A DNA stretch of 64,000 nt from Bugula neritina (lineage: Eukaryota > Animalia > Bryozoa), in assembly GCA_964035545.1 (NCBI GenBank), contig OZ037772.1:806001-870000 (forward strand). The letters are read 5' to 3'. The translations under genes and the position numbers were made by a program. Of the stretch, positions 27,900 through 41,425 are shown piece after piece. The notes under the pieces were generated by a model. The model saw only the letters and a list, made by a program, of their open reading frames with translations. It made no database searches and was not told where the DNA came from. How positions within the stretch are numbered: position 1 is the first letter of the stretch; every line of letters begins with the position of its first letter.

Positions 27900-30185
27900 C
27901 ACGTCACAAGACCGCTGTATCCAGGTGTCTTTGCCGAAGTGACTCCTCTCTCAACTACCGCATAGCATATAAACCCACAAATCACTCTACACCACCATCT
28001 TCTGTCCTACAATCTCAGTCTAACCAACCAATGGTAAGTCATAACCAACTTCTGTCGGTCACTCATTCAACATGGTGCATTCTGATTGCATCAATTATAC
28101 ATCTGTTGAGTACTACTGCATGCTGTAGAACGGTCCTGCAAGGAGCGGATGATGGCGAGGAGTGTCTGATTGACAATTCAGATAAAGATATGTCCCAGAC
28201 CCCTCTGACTCCGTCTAGAGAATACTCAAAGAGCTGTCCAATCATGACGAGAGGTTAGTCTTTCATTAAATAGTTGCTTTCACTTATCGCTTGTTAAATA
28301 AATAAACGCTGCTGACATAATGAACAGTTTTAAAATAGTGCAGACTAACTTATCTCAATGTATACTGTTATATGGTCAGTGTCAAATGTGTATGTATAGA
28401 CATAAAGAAAGAATAAAAGCAATAGAAAACCTGATTTGTATGGCTAGAAAAGGTGGTAATGATGCCAGATGGGATGAACATTTTGAGACATTACTCTTAC
28501 TGTTGATTGAGACTCTACGAGACAGAGATGTAAAACAAGTTTACCAAATTAATGAAGTTTTCTCCTGTCATGTTTTAAATAGCAATCAGTTAATTGTTGT
28601 TCTGCTGTTACAACTTAGTTATGCTGATACATGTTGTATTTAGGAATTGATAAGAACCCGGGCCTTGAAAGCTGATCAAGTGGGAGAAACACCGATTTGA
28701 TAGCTATGCTGAACTCACCATATACAATATCATACAAGCTCATAAGGATGCCTGCGAATGGGTGAGAACTTTGTCCTACAGTAATCCTGCTCATTGGAAT
28801 TGACGTTACAGTACTGGTGATTCATATTAAAATATATTTCTTGTTTTAAGCTTTTAGTACTGTTGCTTGTGATGGTGAGAGAACTGTGTTGGCTATAAAC
28901 CTTTAGGTGTACCGAGCAGCTGAGGAGTGTGCTATAACACTGGCCATGTTACTGAAGCCCGAGCACTCTGTCGTAGTACTGGCTAAACTAACAGACAGTC
29001 TTGAGTACCCACTATCTGTAGTCGCTATAAAGACACTCACACATGTTATTGAACAAATGAGTGAAGAATCCTTAATCAAAGTTATTCAACAGCTGATACC
29101 AGGTCTTATTAAGGTATTACGCTATGGCTCTGGTAAAGTTTACTGACTAACATTAGGTCATCTGTTGAGATGTGTCACTAGTTTCCAGGATTTTATTTCT
29201 ACTCTGTGTAAAAGATGTTGTAAGTTGATCTCACTAGTGTACACTGTAGTTGTGATCAACTTCTATGGTTGTTACAGGGGTATAAACACGAAGAGTCTTG
29301 GTGCAGGAAAACTAGTTGCTTCGCTTTGGTCGCTCTTTACATGAGAATAGGAGATAATCTCAAGCCATATTTGTCTGTACTAACAAGCAGCTTAAGGTAG
29401 GCCATCAGTTCTTCACAAAAAACATGTCTGAAACTAAACTATAAAAATCTGCTGAGAATAAGTGCCTGTTACTTGCACTCTAGTAAACAGCAAATCTAAT
29501 GGATGTATATTTTATCTAAAATCGTATGTTTTGAACTGCCCCTAGCACATTTATAACCAAAGAGTTTTGGTAACAATATTTTTGTTTTAGTCATTTTTAT
29601 ATGATAGTTTTTATACTTAGCTCAATAATTGAATTTACTACTTGTCTAAATAATACATCAGGGAAATGCAAAATAAATGTCATTTTCAATATTAAAAGTA
29701 GATTTTACCTCCCACGTCTAACATCACACATTTATAGAGTTGGCTATTAAATGACCAAGTCTTTGGTATAAATAAACTGGACAGTATTTGGCTAATGACT
29801 ATACATTGTACCATCATTATTGACTCTGTGGTTGGCACCACCTTCCCTGACTATTCTATCTTTTGTAGCTGAAACTTCTCAATCTATATATTAAGAGAGC
29901 AGAAGAAAAGTGTGCAGAGCTTCACCACGACACTATCACAAAGAAATAAGTTACTCAAGAATTACTTTCTTATATTCACAAGAGTCAGATGTTGAGAGCC
30001 AGCTATGCCTCAGTTGACAACAAGATGGGAGACGCCCACGGTTCTACCGTCAACGCTAAGAGTGCCATGAAAAATATGAAGAAACATACCCTCAACATGT
30101 AGACATTGCATCACCAGTCTGAGCTAATGTCAAGGTTAAACTCTGTTTCCTGTTGATGGACTTCCTTCTTGAATATCAGCTGTAC
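27900..30185 (+). pseudogene. CLASP: CLASP C-terminal (CLIP-interacting) domain, intron-containing pseudogene fragment
   Basis: Exons encode ILKELSNHDER-HKERIKA...WDEHFETLLLLLIETL, YAELT...AHKD, VYRAAEECA...PGLIK, GYKHEESWCRK...ALVALY and LKLLNLYIKRAE, matching the CLASP C-terminus. Premature TAG at 28216 and a frameshift near 28670; N-terminal TOG domains absent. Confidence 0.9.
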
Positions 30186-31759
30186 CTTTATCTTGTATAG
30201 ATATTTTAATTATATTTTCCTTGTATGATTAGGAAAATAGTTTGGATACAAATGTCACAATTTACTCTTTATTGTTTATGTGCTTTTGAAAATCATGTTT
30301 GGTAATTTTTTTATGTTGCTGTAATAAATTGTTTAATAATAATAATAGATAATGATTATTCAATTATTACTTCTTCTAAAATTCCCTTAGGGTGTTGCAT
30401 GTTGTCTATTTTAAAGAGGAAAGTAAAGCGTTGTCTATAAACAAACAAATGAAGCAGCAGTGGTTTAGGGTAAACACAATGTCAATGATTTGAATCTTTG
30501 GTAAACAATAAGACATTTTCATAATGACCATAGAAAGCTCCATTAAATTGTTTATCACTAAGCAATAGTTGTATATAGTTCAAGTGGTTCATTTCATGAT
30601 CCTAGTTTAGCATCCAAAAAGAAATCTCATGATAAGTAGTCTATGAGAGTGCAAGGGAATAGAATTGATATGAAGAACACAATTATAGTGGAAAAACAAA
30701 ACAATAACGATAATTAGTAGAGAATTAACAAACAGCCATTTTGATTGGAGAGAAGGCTGGGAAAACTGCATAACTCTGCTTAGAGTTGTCTTCTTAATTT
30801 TGAGCTCATGGCATGTGTGTGTGCTACCTAGCAGCAGTACTATAATATAAACAAGAAACAATCTCCGTTATATGCCCATCATTGACATCTTTGATGCATC
30901 TATTGATTCTATTATCAGGTATTAGCGGTTAAATTAGTTTTTTCAACTTTTTCTAAAATAGTTAGCTCAGCTAACAGACTGGTTTTATAAATTACACTTT
31001 GAAATGTGTTTTTTTTGTAATTCTGTCCTACAGTGGCAAATTCTCAGGCCTACCTTTAACAGTCAGCTGTTGGAGCAGCAAAGTATTTTGGGTTGAATAG
31101 TGTATATTAATAACTTTCCTTTTAATGACTGACAGTCTAGTAGCAATACAAATAATACTTTTACAAAACTTTTCATCTTTACCAACAATGCAGCTAAATG
31201 CTGAAACAGTTTTGCAATTATTTGATTTATCTCGTTGCATATGACATGCTATTCATGCCAATGCCTAATAGTGACTATGTATATATATATGTACATAGAA
31301 CACAGTATATTATATGGCTCTGCTGAGTCAACAACCATTAATTCTATAATACAAATTCAAATCCAGAATATTGAGGTGTGTCTATTTATTCTAGTTGTAT
31401 GTAGTTGTATTTATGAACTTTGCATGTACCACATTAAAATTTATTTTATTTAAGAAAATTCAACATTTGTTATGCAAATTTTGCCAGCAAATGACTAAAA
31501 AAGTTATTTGATTTTTTGAAAATTTAGTAAGAAAAGTAACTCCTAAATAAAGTGACTGGCCCATGCTATGTCCTATTGATTTTAATATTGAACAGATGAT
31601 GTAATTATGTAATATTTAGGATGTAAACTATCATCTCTGGTTTGTAAACAGGCACAATGTGGCCTTCAGTCTCTACTGATGTTTTATTGGTAAAACTGTC
31701 GTGAGAACTACAATTAGTGAAGTTGTAAATATGCCATAATGAATTATAACAAGGGTAAC

Positions 31760-32031
31760 GGGGGGGGGGGGGGGGTACAATGGTCATAGGGGTACAAAAA
31801 GCCGGCCAAATTGTCAGAGAACTAAATGACTTAGAGTTGTGATTTTTCTTCATAAAAAGATATTGACATAATTATTCAGCCATTGTAGTTTCAACACTTG
31901 CGGAAGATACGTGTTGAAAAGGCAAGAAAAAAACTGTTTTTACCTATTTTTTGTAAATTCTTCAAGTCAATAAGTTCTCTCACAATTTGGCTGGCTTTTT
32001 GTACCTCTATGACCGTTGTACCCCCCCCCCC
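31760..32031. mobile_element. MITE-like foldback, ~270 bp with ~75-bp imperfect terminal inverted repeats
   Basis: G-run-TACAATGGTCATAGGGGTACAAAAAGCCGGCCAAATTGT pairs with ACAATTTGGCTGGCTTTTTGTACCTCTATGACCGTTGTA-C-run. Confidence 0.8.
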
Positions 32032-32499
32032 ACAAAAATTTTACCATCAGTGTGTGATTTTTACTTGTGTCATTTTTACCTAAAATTGGAACAGGTTCTT
32101 CTCCTATAACAGTTCATTAAGTGTGGAGAAAGACTCCACAATTTTAAAAAATACACCACTGCTTTAGTGTAACTTTAGAAACACTGACGCTGCTATGAAA
32201 AGCAATGATATGATGATTGCACTCCTGCATGTTTAGGTTCAGATTATTTAGAGTAGCAAATATATTTACAAGGTATATGTAGTATACAGTTTATAGATAT
32301 TGACTATTGCATGGCTGCTAGAAGGTGGCTTGTTATTTTTAGCAAACTTTTTGACTTCCATTTGGAAGTAGCACAGAAAGCAGTTGGGTAGAGTAATTAA
32401 TAAACACATTCATGTCGAAGTAAACTGAGATTGCAGAATATAGTTTGGTTAAATAAGGGAGCTAAGATGAAGGTTTATATAGATATATTCACATATATG

Positions 32500-32625
32500 A
32501 CATGTAACTTGCAAGAACCCGAAAAGCCTTCATCAAACTTTGTAAATTTTTCAAATTTAAAATTCTCCCCCTAAAATGTCCAAATTTTCTTCTAGGAGGA
32601 ATTTCCTCCAGGTTGGGAACCACTG
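32500..32625 (-). mobile_element. Possible hAT-type MITE end
   Basis: AGGTTGGGAACCACTG is the reverse complement of CAGTGGTTCCCAACCT, a hAT/Charlie-like terminus. A similar motif occurs near 61808-61822. No partner TIR found. Confidence 0.35.
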
Positions 32626-34166
32626 AACTAAAAGAAAACATGTAAACATGAACATTACTAACTGCATGCATCACTAGTTACTAGACTGTTGGGTTACAAT
32701 ATTTGTAAGCTGAAGAACTATTAATAGAGATGATGGTAATACAGTATAATTTAGTCAGCTTATTATCATGAGTTAGTCACTGCTAATATGCTATGCTATG
32801 GCTAACAGTCACATAGCTACTTACAAATAATTCTACTATTTATTATGACTATTATGACATCTATGATGATGAAGTAAAATGTGCCTTTAAATACACATCG
32901 TATTTATATTGTGTAAAAAAGTGTTTAAATACAGTACTCAACTTTCAGTGTTCGAAATTTATTTTTTTGTTTTAAACGTTAATAAAATACAAATCAAAAG
33001 ATTTTTCAACAATTAATAGTAAATTGAACTGAAGAACTAATGTTGACTAATTGTAGAATAAATTAGCAAGAGAAGTAACTCCTGATTAACATGATTAAAC
33101 AGTCACAATAATATTCCTGAAAGATTCCTAGAGCCTAAAGTTCATACACTATTGTGATGCAGTAGGTATTCTATAGAGTCGGTATTGATATCACAGTACA
33201 ATTAGGTCATGAGCTTTCACCAGGCATTAAGTTTTTACCTTCACTGATGGAGTAATCTTAGGGCTGCTACAGTTTATCGAATAATTGCAAACTATTTTGT
33301 ATATACAATGCAAATTTCTTATAGAAAAGTGTCCAATTTTTGTTGAAGAAATTACTAAGATTTTTCTTTGAAATAAATGCTATATAATATGTTTAAAAAT
33401 AAGATTTTAAAATTATTGTATCAGCTTTTATTCATAGTAAAAGAATTAAATGTATATAATTGTATATAACTGTATATCGCTGTTGATATTTATAAAAGAA
33501 GCGAGAGATGCAACTCCCAATAAATATTGAATCCAGAAATAATATTGAATAATAAGGACCATAAGCTAAAGATCATACAGCACTGTCAGCTTGTAATAAA
33601 TAATATAGTATAAGATTACTCAAATGAAAATACTATAAAGGTACATTTACATACAAAACATATTTGTGTATAAGAGTATTTGAATTACAGTTGAAAAAAC
33701 TACTCAGTGTTAATACAACATTTTATTGTAATTAAAACTTTATTGTAACATATATACAAAAACCTTTTGTTAGTTACTAAAAAATTATGCTGAAAAAATA
33801 ATAATGGAAGTTAGCAGGGGAAGTAACTCCTAATAAACATGAATGTACCAAAAAAGCAATTTGATTGAAAATTTTAGTTTGACATTCACATAACACACCA
33901 CAGCAGTAAGTAATACTCATTGCTGTATAATCAGATAATTTACTTCTGTTACAACTAAAATATTTCAATTATGTTACACAATGCTGTTGCTAATTGAGCA
34001 ATGTTATACAATTTCATGATATCAACGGCACCAGTGAAGTAGTCGTATCCAAATAAAACATGATAGACACTTTTCACATGTGCCTTTGGGACATTAGCGT
34101 TCTTCAGTGTTTAGTTACTCAATATATACAATGCAAATATTTTTGTAGAAAGGTGCCAAATATTTT

Positions 34167-34627
34167 TTGAAGCCCTCAACAATATTCTGTGAGGATAGGG
34201 TTGTGGGGGACACGGTAAACATATCGGGACAGTCCAACAGCCTCTGCGTCAAAGTTCCTCCTTCTAGACTCAGTGAAGACTTGGCCAACCTTCTAGCAAG
34301 TTCCAACTGCTCAGACGTCACTCTGACCATCGGACCGCGAAAGTTCAAAGTTCACAAGTCCATCTTCTCCGTCAGGTCTCTTGTCTTCAATGCTATGTTT
34401 GAGCATGAGATGGAGAACAAACAGAATTTAGAATTTAGACAAGATGGTGGCTGACCTTCTCTCGGCAGCAGATAAGTACGCACTAGAGAAGAGTCCCTGT
34501 TTGGTAACCTCTCCATAGACAACGTGTGTGAGGTACCGTGGTTCTAGCAGACCTCCACTCGGCTGAACAACTCAAAACACACGCTCTAGACTTTGTCAAC
34601 AGCCACGTCAGAGGCGTCATGGAAACC
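34167..34627 (+). pseudogene. SPOP: SPOP/roadkill-like MATH-end, BTB and BACK fragment, intronless, with internal deletions
   Basis: TIFCE..V.DTVNISGQ, VKVP..RL, FKVHKSI..RS.VFNAMFEHEME, then frameshifted NLDKM.ADLLSAADKYALE and [17 protein letters not shown]. The RVEI..YTGKAP and RLKVMC segments are missing. Confidence 0.9.
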
Positions 34628-34791
34628 TGCCATGAAAAATGTGAAAAAACGTACCCTCAACATGTAGACCTTGCATTGCCAATCTGAGTTAATGTCAAAG
34701 TTTAGCTCTATTTCCTGATGATGGACTTCCTTCTTGAATATCAATTGTACTGCTATCACAAACACTAGTTACAGTAGTATAATAAGATCAA

Positions 34792-34858
34792 ATGGCTGGA
34801 ATTATTGAAAACAAGCTGACGAGAAAAATTACAGCACTTGGAAGTTTAAATTCAAGTA
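34792..34858 (+). mobile_element. Possible Ty1/copia gag N-terminal remnant
   Basis: MAGIIENKL then frameshifted EKNYSTWKFKFK, resembling the copia KL..NY..WKF motif; very short. Confidence 0.35.
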
Positions 34859-37057
34859 AGTAGTATAATAAGCGCCTCTACGACTATGGAAGTAAGCATC
34901 TCGCAGCAACCAACTTGTCAAAAGTAGGAGTTATCTCTGCTCGATGAATGTTTACTTATGGTTTGGATTGGCAATGTTATTACTGCATAAACAATATAAT
35001 ATGCGGTTCTATGTGTATTGCGTAACGGTTAGCACTCAGGTTACTATTCTGTGAGACAAATTTGGGATTTGCTCCCCCAAAAGAATTGAAACTATAATAT
35101 ATATGTTGTGTATAATATGCATATCTATTTGATGATAATATTGAAGCAAGCAAAATTTCAATAACAAAATATTACAAGACATTAACCAAACCAAAACAAA
35201 AATTATCCTAGCGATCCTTTGAAATCTTGCTGTGTAATACTAGCAAACATAAATTGATAAGTCTGACAATCGAGATAGATAAGTTATACAAATTAAATAC
35301 ATAAGAGAATTGCAGTTAGAACATCAATATTAAAATATTTCCTTCAACTGAAATTTTTTTAGCCTTAAAATAAATTCTCCAATTCAAATATTTCTTAAAT
35401 ATAAATTTGTGCGGATTAGAAACAAATTTCTCAATTCGAACATAAATTTGTGCAGCTTTAAAATAGAATTTCTAATTCAAATATTTTCTTCAAATAAATT
35501 TATGCTGTTTCTAAATCAATAAATCAAATCAACAATTTTTCTTCAAATAATTTATGCCGCTTAAAAATTAATAGATCAATTCAAACAAAATTTCCTCAAA
35601 CAAGTTTTTGCTGCTTTTAAAGAAAACTAATACACTTGTTAGTCCAAATAACAAAAGAGGTTAAAAATATCCTTAACATAAAATTGCAATATTACTTACT
35701 GCAGCCAGTCTATATTATCATTATTTGTATCAATTGGTCAGTTTTCTAGACGTCCCCCCTAATATAATTATTACTGCTGCTATATCTTCTATGCTCCAAT
35801 CGTCTTTAGCTGCTTTTATCTTTTTGTATATCTATCTTCATTCGTCATTTATCATTCATCCTTTTTCTATTTTCAGAAATTCAGCTCCTTTTGTACCAAA
35901 TCTTTTTGGCAATGGTTCAGATTTTAAGGATACCGACAATAACTGGCCAATGAAAACCAGCGGCAGACTGACGTAGAACTCGGTTAGGTATGTTGGTAGC
36001 CAAGATAGGGATTGACGTAAGAAGGATCTGTTGTTATTGGCTCATCTTTGTATATTGTGGGCTATATAATCAATAATTGTACAGCAATCCTTAATCTAAA
36101 AAATAACTTTAAAACTATAATATGATAAAATGTATCAGTCGATGCTCACGTGTTGACCTTTGTAACAGGCTGATCAATGTCAAAAAATTTATTAGGCGTT
36201 TGAAACATTATATCATCTACATGTTGGTGTAAACAAATATTTACACATATGTGTATCTCTATTTATGAACAGCATCTGCTATATGTTTCAGCTTTTTTAT
36301 TCATTCCCATTTGTTCATCAATTAGTGTTTTATTTCAAAAGTCAATATTACAAATTTCAACACGTGATCATGGCATGTGGTACTATCCTAACACACAATT
36401 ACTTATCTAAAAGCCACACTACTAAATAATACTATATATACATATATATATTTAATAATGCATTAAGCAATTTCTATGCAAGACCGAAATATTTAACTTA
36501 CTCAAAACTTGTACATTTGAACTTTTAATTTCACTCAATTATTGGGCCTCATGCATCATAAAACTTTTGAATGTGTTTTATATTCTTTCTTGGATGTTGT
36601 AGATAAACTGTAGTCTACATACCGTGGTGGAGCAGATATAAGAATTTATAATTGCATCAACCCGTTGCAGCAGCCATCTTACTGGAAATCTCAAACAAAC
36701 CTCAGCATCGCCAAAGCCATATTTTAGCGAGCTGACAGAATATCTCAGAGATATAACTTGTAAAGTACAGAAGTAAGAATTAAACACAAAGGGCAGTATA
36801 TGTATAATCATGCCTTCCATCAAGGATATAGCTTTTTTAAAGGATTTTCTAAGAATAATGATACAAATATTAACACTTCAAGCTTAACAACTTATGACAT
36901 AACGGTTACATTGAATATTATTTTCTAGATATCATATTCGTCTGTGTTTTAGTACTGCCAAGGTTATCACTCAGCACTAAATGGACAAAATTGCTTCTTT
37001 TAATTAAGAGACTATGCTGGAGAAAGGCCATTATATATGAATTGGATAAAGAAACTA

Positions 37058-38764
37058 CCGTAAAATGGGGTAACATTGGCCGTTTTGAGACATATTTTGG
37101 GTGTCATATGAAAGGATTACAATATTCTTTAAAATTTTTGGATGCTAAATGAAGCTTATCAACATATGCACTAAATGAAAGAACCATTTGCAGTTTGGGA
37201 CTGCTAGATCTCCTGTGGTATTAAAAAAAGTAGGTGGCCAAAGTTACCCTATTTTCGGGGTAACTTTGGCCGGTGTCGTTATTCTCCATGTAGCTAAAGT
37301 TAGCAGCACTTGGAGCTTTTTTAGCCAGTTAGAAATTAAAGAACAACATTATTCAACTTCATTACTACAAAAAAAAATTATTTTAGACAAAATGCAAGCT
37401 ATAATAGTGTAATTATTGCATTGAAACCACAGCTATTCGAGGTACATTGTTAATAAGTGTAAAAACTTTTGTATATGTATAAAAAATCATGTATTTTGCT
37501 GGCAACATTGAATAAATCACTGTACAAGTTCAAATTCCATTGAATTTAATCTTAAATTCAAGTCTGCCCTTTCAAACTATAGGCTGTGGCAGTTGTCTGT
37601 AGATTTTTTAAATAATGCGTAATGTCTTCAGAATTAACTGTTGCCCATTCCGGTGCTATGTTTTGGCACAACCTGTGAGACAAGCTATCTTTATGTCTTG
37701 ACATAAAACTGAGACTCCAGTGATCTTGAGGGTAGTTGCTTTTGAAATGTTGCACTCTTCTCTCACATTTGTCAAAATAGGTCTTGACTATTATTCGAAA
37801 GTCTGTTTTATCTAATGGAAAGCCCCATTGAGCCAGCTTTGTAGTAGGTATGGTCAACAATGGCTACCTCCTCTACTTGTGATAACACAGTTTGGTGTCC
37901 AGGCTTCAGCTTGTGTCTTCATGCGGCTCTGTTTTGTAGTGTTCCTTTGGTAATATCATATTTCTAGCCACTTCTTGTCAAGACTTTCCAGCTGCCAATT
38001 CTTGTGAATAAAGCAAAACCAATGATCTCCTCAGATATACCATTTCTTGGAGATGTTACTTTTCTTTAATATTTTCTGAGTATAATTGTCTTGAAAAATA
38101 CATTTTACAATGCATGGTCAAATTCTTATATAAAAAAAAACATTAAACACAAAATTGCTGTCTGGGAACAAAAATGCATAATTCCCCATGTAATTATTTC
38201 ATATTTCGGACTCTAAGTTGTTTCAAAAGCATTGGGTATAGGTGAATCAAATGATTGTGCCTTTAGAGAGTAATGTACTATGTGTCTGAAGTAACAGGAA
38301 ATTCGCAGCGCTGCCAGAAACCTACTTTGGAGTACCATTTAGTCATGGCCAAAGTTACCCCAAATTCGTCAAAAATTGTACACAGTGAATTCAAAACACA
38401 TATTTTAATTTTGGATTTCAATTTATTTACCTAAATTACAAATATCCTGGTTAAATACTTACCAAAGTTCTTTAATACAAAAAAGAAAATGAGTCCAGCT
38501 TTTCTAATGCCTTCAAATTGATTAAAGTTGGACAGCGCTGAAAATCTTGTTGTCAAACAGGAAATTGAAAATGGCTGACAGCAAGAAGCAGCAAATAAGT
38601 ATATCAATTATTTTTCAGGAATAGGATGCACCAATCTACACTCAGTGCATATATACAATTAAAATATCTTTAGACTTCATAGATATAGCACCAGCTACAT
38701 TTTAAACATTTTTTCCAAAGTGGCCAAAGTTACCCCAAGTGGCTAAAGTTACCCCATTTTACGG
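37058..38764 (-). mobile_element. pogo/Tigger-like (Tc1/mariner superfamily) DNA transposon, internally deleted
   Basis: TIRs CCGTAAAATGGGGTAAC...GTTACCCCATTTTACGG flanked by TA on both sides; repeated subterminal TGGCCAAAGTTACCC; minus-strand transposase remnant. Confidence 0.92.
37558..38050 (-). pseudogene. pogo-type transposase N-terminal DNA-binding region (psq and CENP-B-type HTH); no DDE domain
   Basis: VARKYDITKGTLQNR-like helix and LAQWGFPL..DFR.IVK.Y.D...R....FK.N.P...W..SF..RH...LS.R.CQNI; frameshifted and truncated. Confidence 0.85.
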
Positions 38765-39543
38765 TAGTAAATTATTCAGTGTTATAATTAAACTTTGAAC
38801 GAGCTTTGCTCTGATTGGTTTTTTCTGACTTATTGTAATATATATCTATATCTAGCCAGGGTTTTGTGCCTACATAGTAATGTACACGTTCTATGATAAG
38901 AGTAATTGAATGCAAATATAAATGAACATAATTTTTTTGATTTTAGTCTAGTTATGTTATAAGCATTAGATAACTTGTTTTTGAGACAGCCGGGTGAGAG
39001 CTTTGTAAAAAATTTAGCCTAATTAGAATTTCTGTAATAGATAAACGTTACTAGCTCCTTAACAATTCAATTGAAGTTGAATAAAAATATACATCAAATT
39101 ACCAGTTCAAAGTAAAAGACTTTGAAGGCTAATAACTTACTACGAAGTTTTAAACCAAATAACAAGAGACTAAATCCAAAATTAATTTATAATTATTCTT
39201 AGCATATGACAAGTATGAATGTTACAGCTGCTCTTGTACAATGTAGTTGTACAGCTCTTACTCATCCTAGTATGTTTAACTGGCATAGCATCCTTGTCTT
39301 TCTAAAGACTCGGTACATCGTTGGAGTGCAGAGGTCATCTCCAACAAAAGACTTTGAATTAGAGTGGATAAATAAAAGTAAGCGCTTGTAATGTTTTTCA
39401 ACTCTAATTAAAGTTCCCAAAATGTTATTGTTGGTAAGTTTCAGGCTCAAGAATAATCTTGTATTTTCTTATTAAAGAACAAAAAAAGAAAAAAAAAGAA
39501 AAATAAGGGTCCTAAGTCGCAAAAACCAAAAGATAGCTATTCC

Positions 39544-39706
39544 AGAGGTGTGGACATATTCAAAAGTTTCAAATTTGGGGAAGGAGAATCTAAAGAGGTT
39601 CACAAGGATGTCCTAGAAAAATTTGACAACTTTTGAAAAAAGACCTTCAAGAAAATAATCAAGAGACATCAACTGCTATCAATAGATGAGTATGTCACCA
39701 ACTTAC
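39544..39706 (+). mobile_element. Second short copy of the gag at 43.4 kb
   Basis: AGAGGTGTGGACATATTCAAAAGTTTC...CACCAACTTACA matches 43433-43621 apart from indels. Confidence 0.88.
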
Positions 39707-39732
39707 AATGTTTATGAGCTTGATAGAGATAA

Positions 39733-39969
<237 letters not shown>

Positions 39970-41425
39970 CATTTGATGGCAATAGAAGTCTGCCTATAGT
40001 AGTAGATGCTACTTCATCATAGAGTGTTGGCTTACAAGAGTTTCTCATCTTAAACATTATAAGTAGGCATTATTTGTGTAAGTTTTATCCAAGTTATCAT
40101 GTAGTTCTCTTCTCATACAATACAACTTATTGGGATATGGTAGTAGAAAAATATAAAAAAGATATTTTAGTTTAGGAGGAAAAACTGAAAAGTTACCTAA
40201 ACCGAAGATGAGGTCTAGCCGAATAATAAGAAAATTCTCACAACAAAGTAATTCGCAATGAAGGGTCAGAGGTCAAGCATACACCAAATCTAGCAAATTT
40301 ATTATCTTCAACAGCCTCTCAATGAAACCATGCCATGCCTAGTTCACGTCATAGCAACACACCACTGACTAGCAGAGTCTTAGCAACATACAACTGAGGG
40401 GGGGATGGGGTGGGTGGGGGAGCATGACTAGCAGAGACTTAGCTATTATAAACTAGGTCAGGAGAACATAACTCTGAAAATATATATATAATTTTGTATG
40501 CTCACATGGAACTATAGAAGGAAATGTCAGCTAGAAGAGGAAGGAAATGGAGGTCAAGGCCAGCACCGCAATGTCAAGGTCAACTGGAAAAAAAGTAGTT
40601 TTAGGTCACGATTTGTCATTCTCAATTATGGCTGCTAGTTTGGGCACACTTTTGGACTAGAAGAGGAAGGAGGCGAAGAGACCACAAAGCTCTCTGGGGA
40701 GGGAGGTGAAACACACTTCAGCTACAAAGCAAGAGTTGAAAAGAGAAATAATTAGAAAAAGTTGAAATTCTACTCAATTTGATCAAAAATGAACAGATAT
40801 TAATAAAAACTTTTTGGATGCACATATTTGTCTTTTATCCAAGTTAAAATAAATCATATGTTCTGTTACCTAATTTATTCATTGTTTGAACAGCATGCAT
40901 CTAAGTAATGTAGAATAGTCATTTGGTGTAAACATTATATGTACCTAGAGTAAACTTTTATTAAGCATTCATGTTTTAGGTTTTCATATTATTTTGGTAT
41001 GCTGCTATAAACTGCAAGATTGATTGTTAAATAAGTAATAATGCTAATAGCTGCAGTAACTAATTTAAACTATCTAAAATAATATTCCAATTTTATTTGA
41101 TTTGGGACAAAAAACAGTAATAAAATTATTTTCAGAGTTGATCTTTAATGAATACTTATCAACAAATATCTTTTCAAACAACAAGAAGTATAATACGTGC
41201 AAAATTTTTAAGTTGATGCAGATTAAAAGAACTTATTTATGGGTTAAATAACAAGCAATTGATTTAAGCTTTTTCAAATATAAGGTTATATCAATGATAG
41301 TAAAATGAATTTTACGTAAAATATATATTGTACAAAAATAAACAAATAGCAGCTAACTGGGAAGGAAGCATCTAACTGAGATGATAACATGTTATGTTAC
41401 ATCACCTTATTGTGTATGATTTTAG

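Noticed and set aside
36578-36823. 81-aa minus ORF with an exon-like segment
   Set aside because: No recognisable motif or partner exon.
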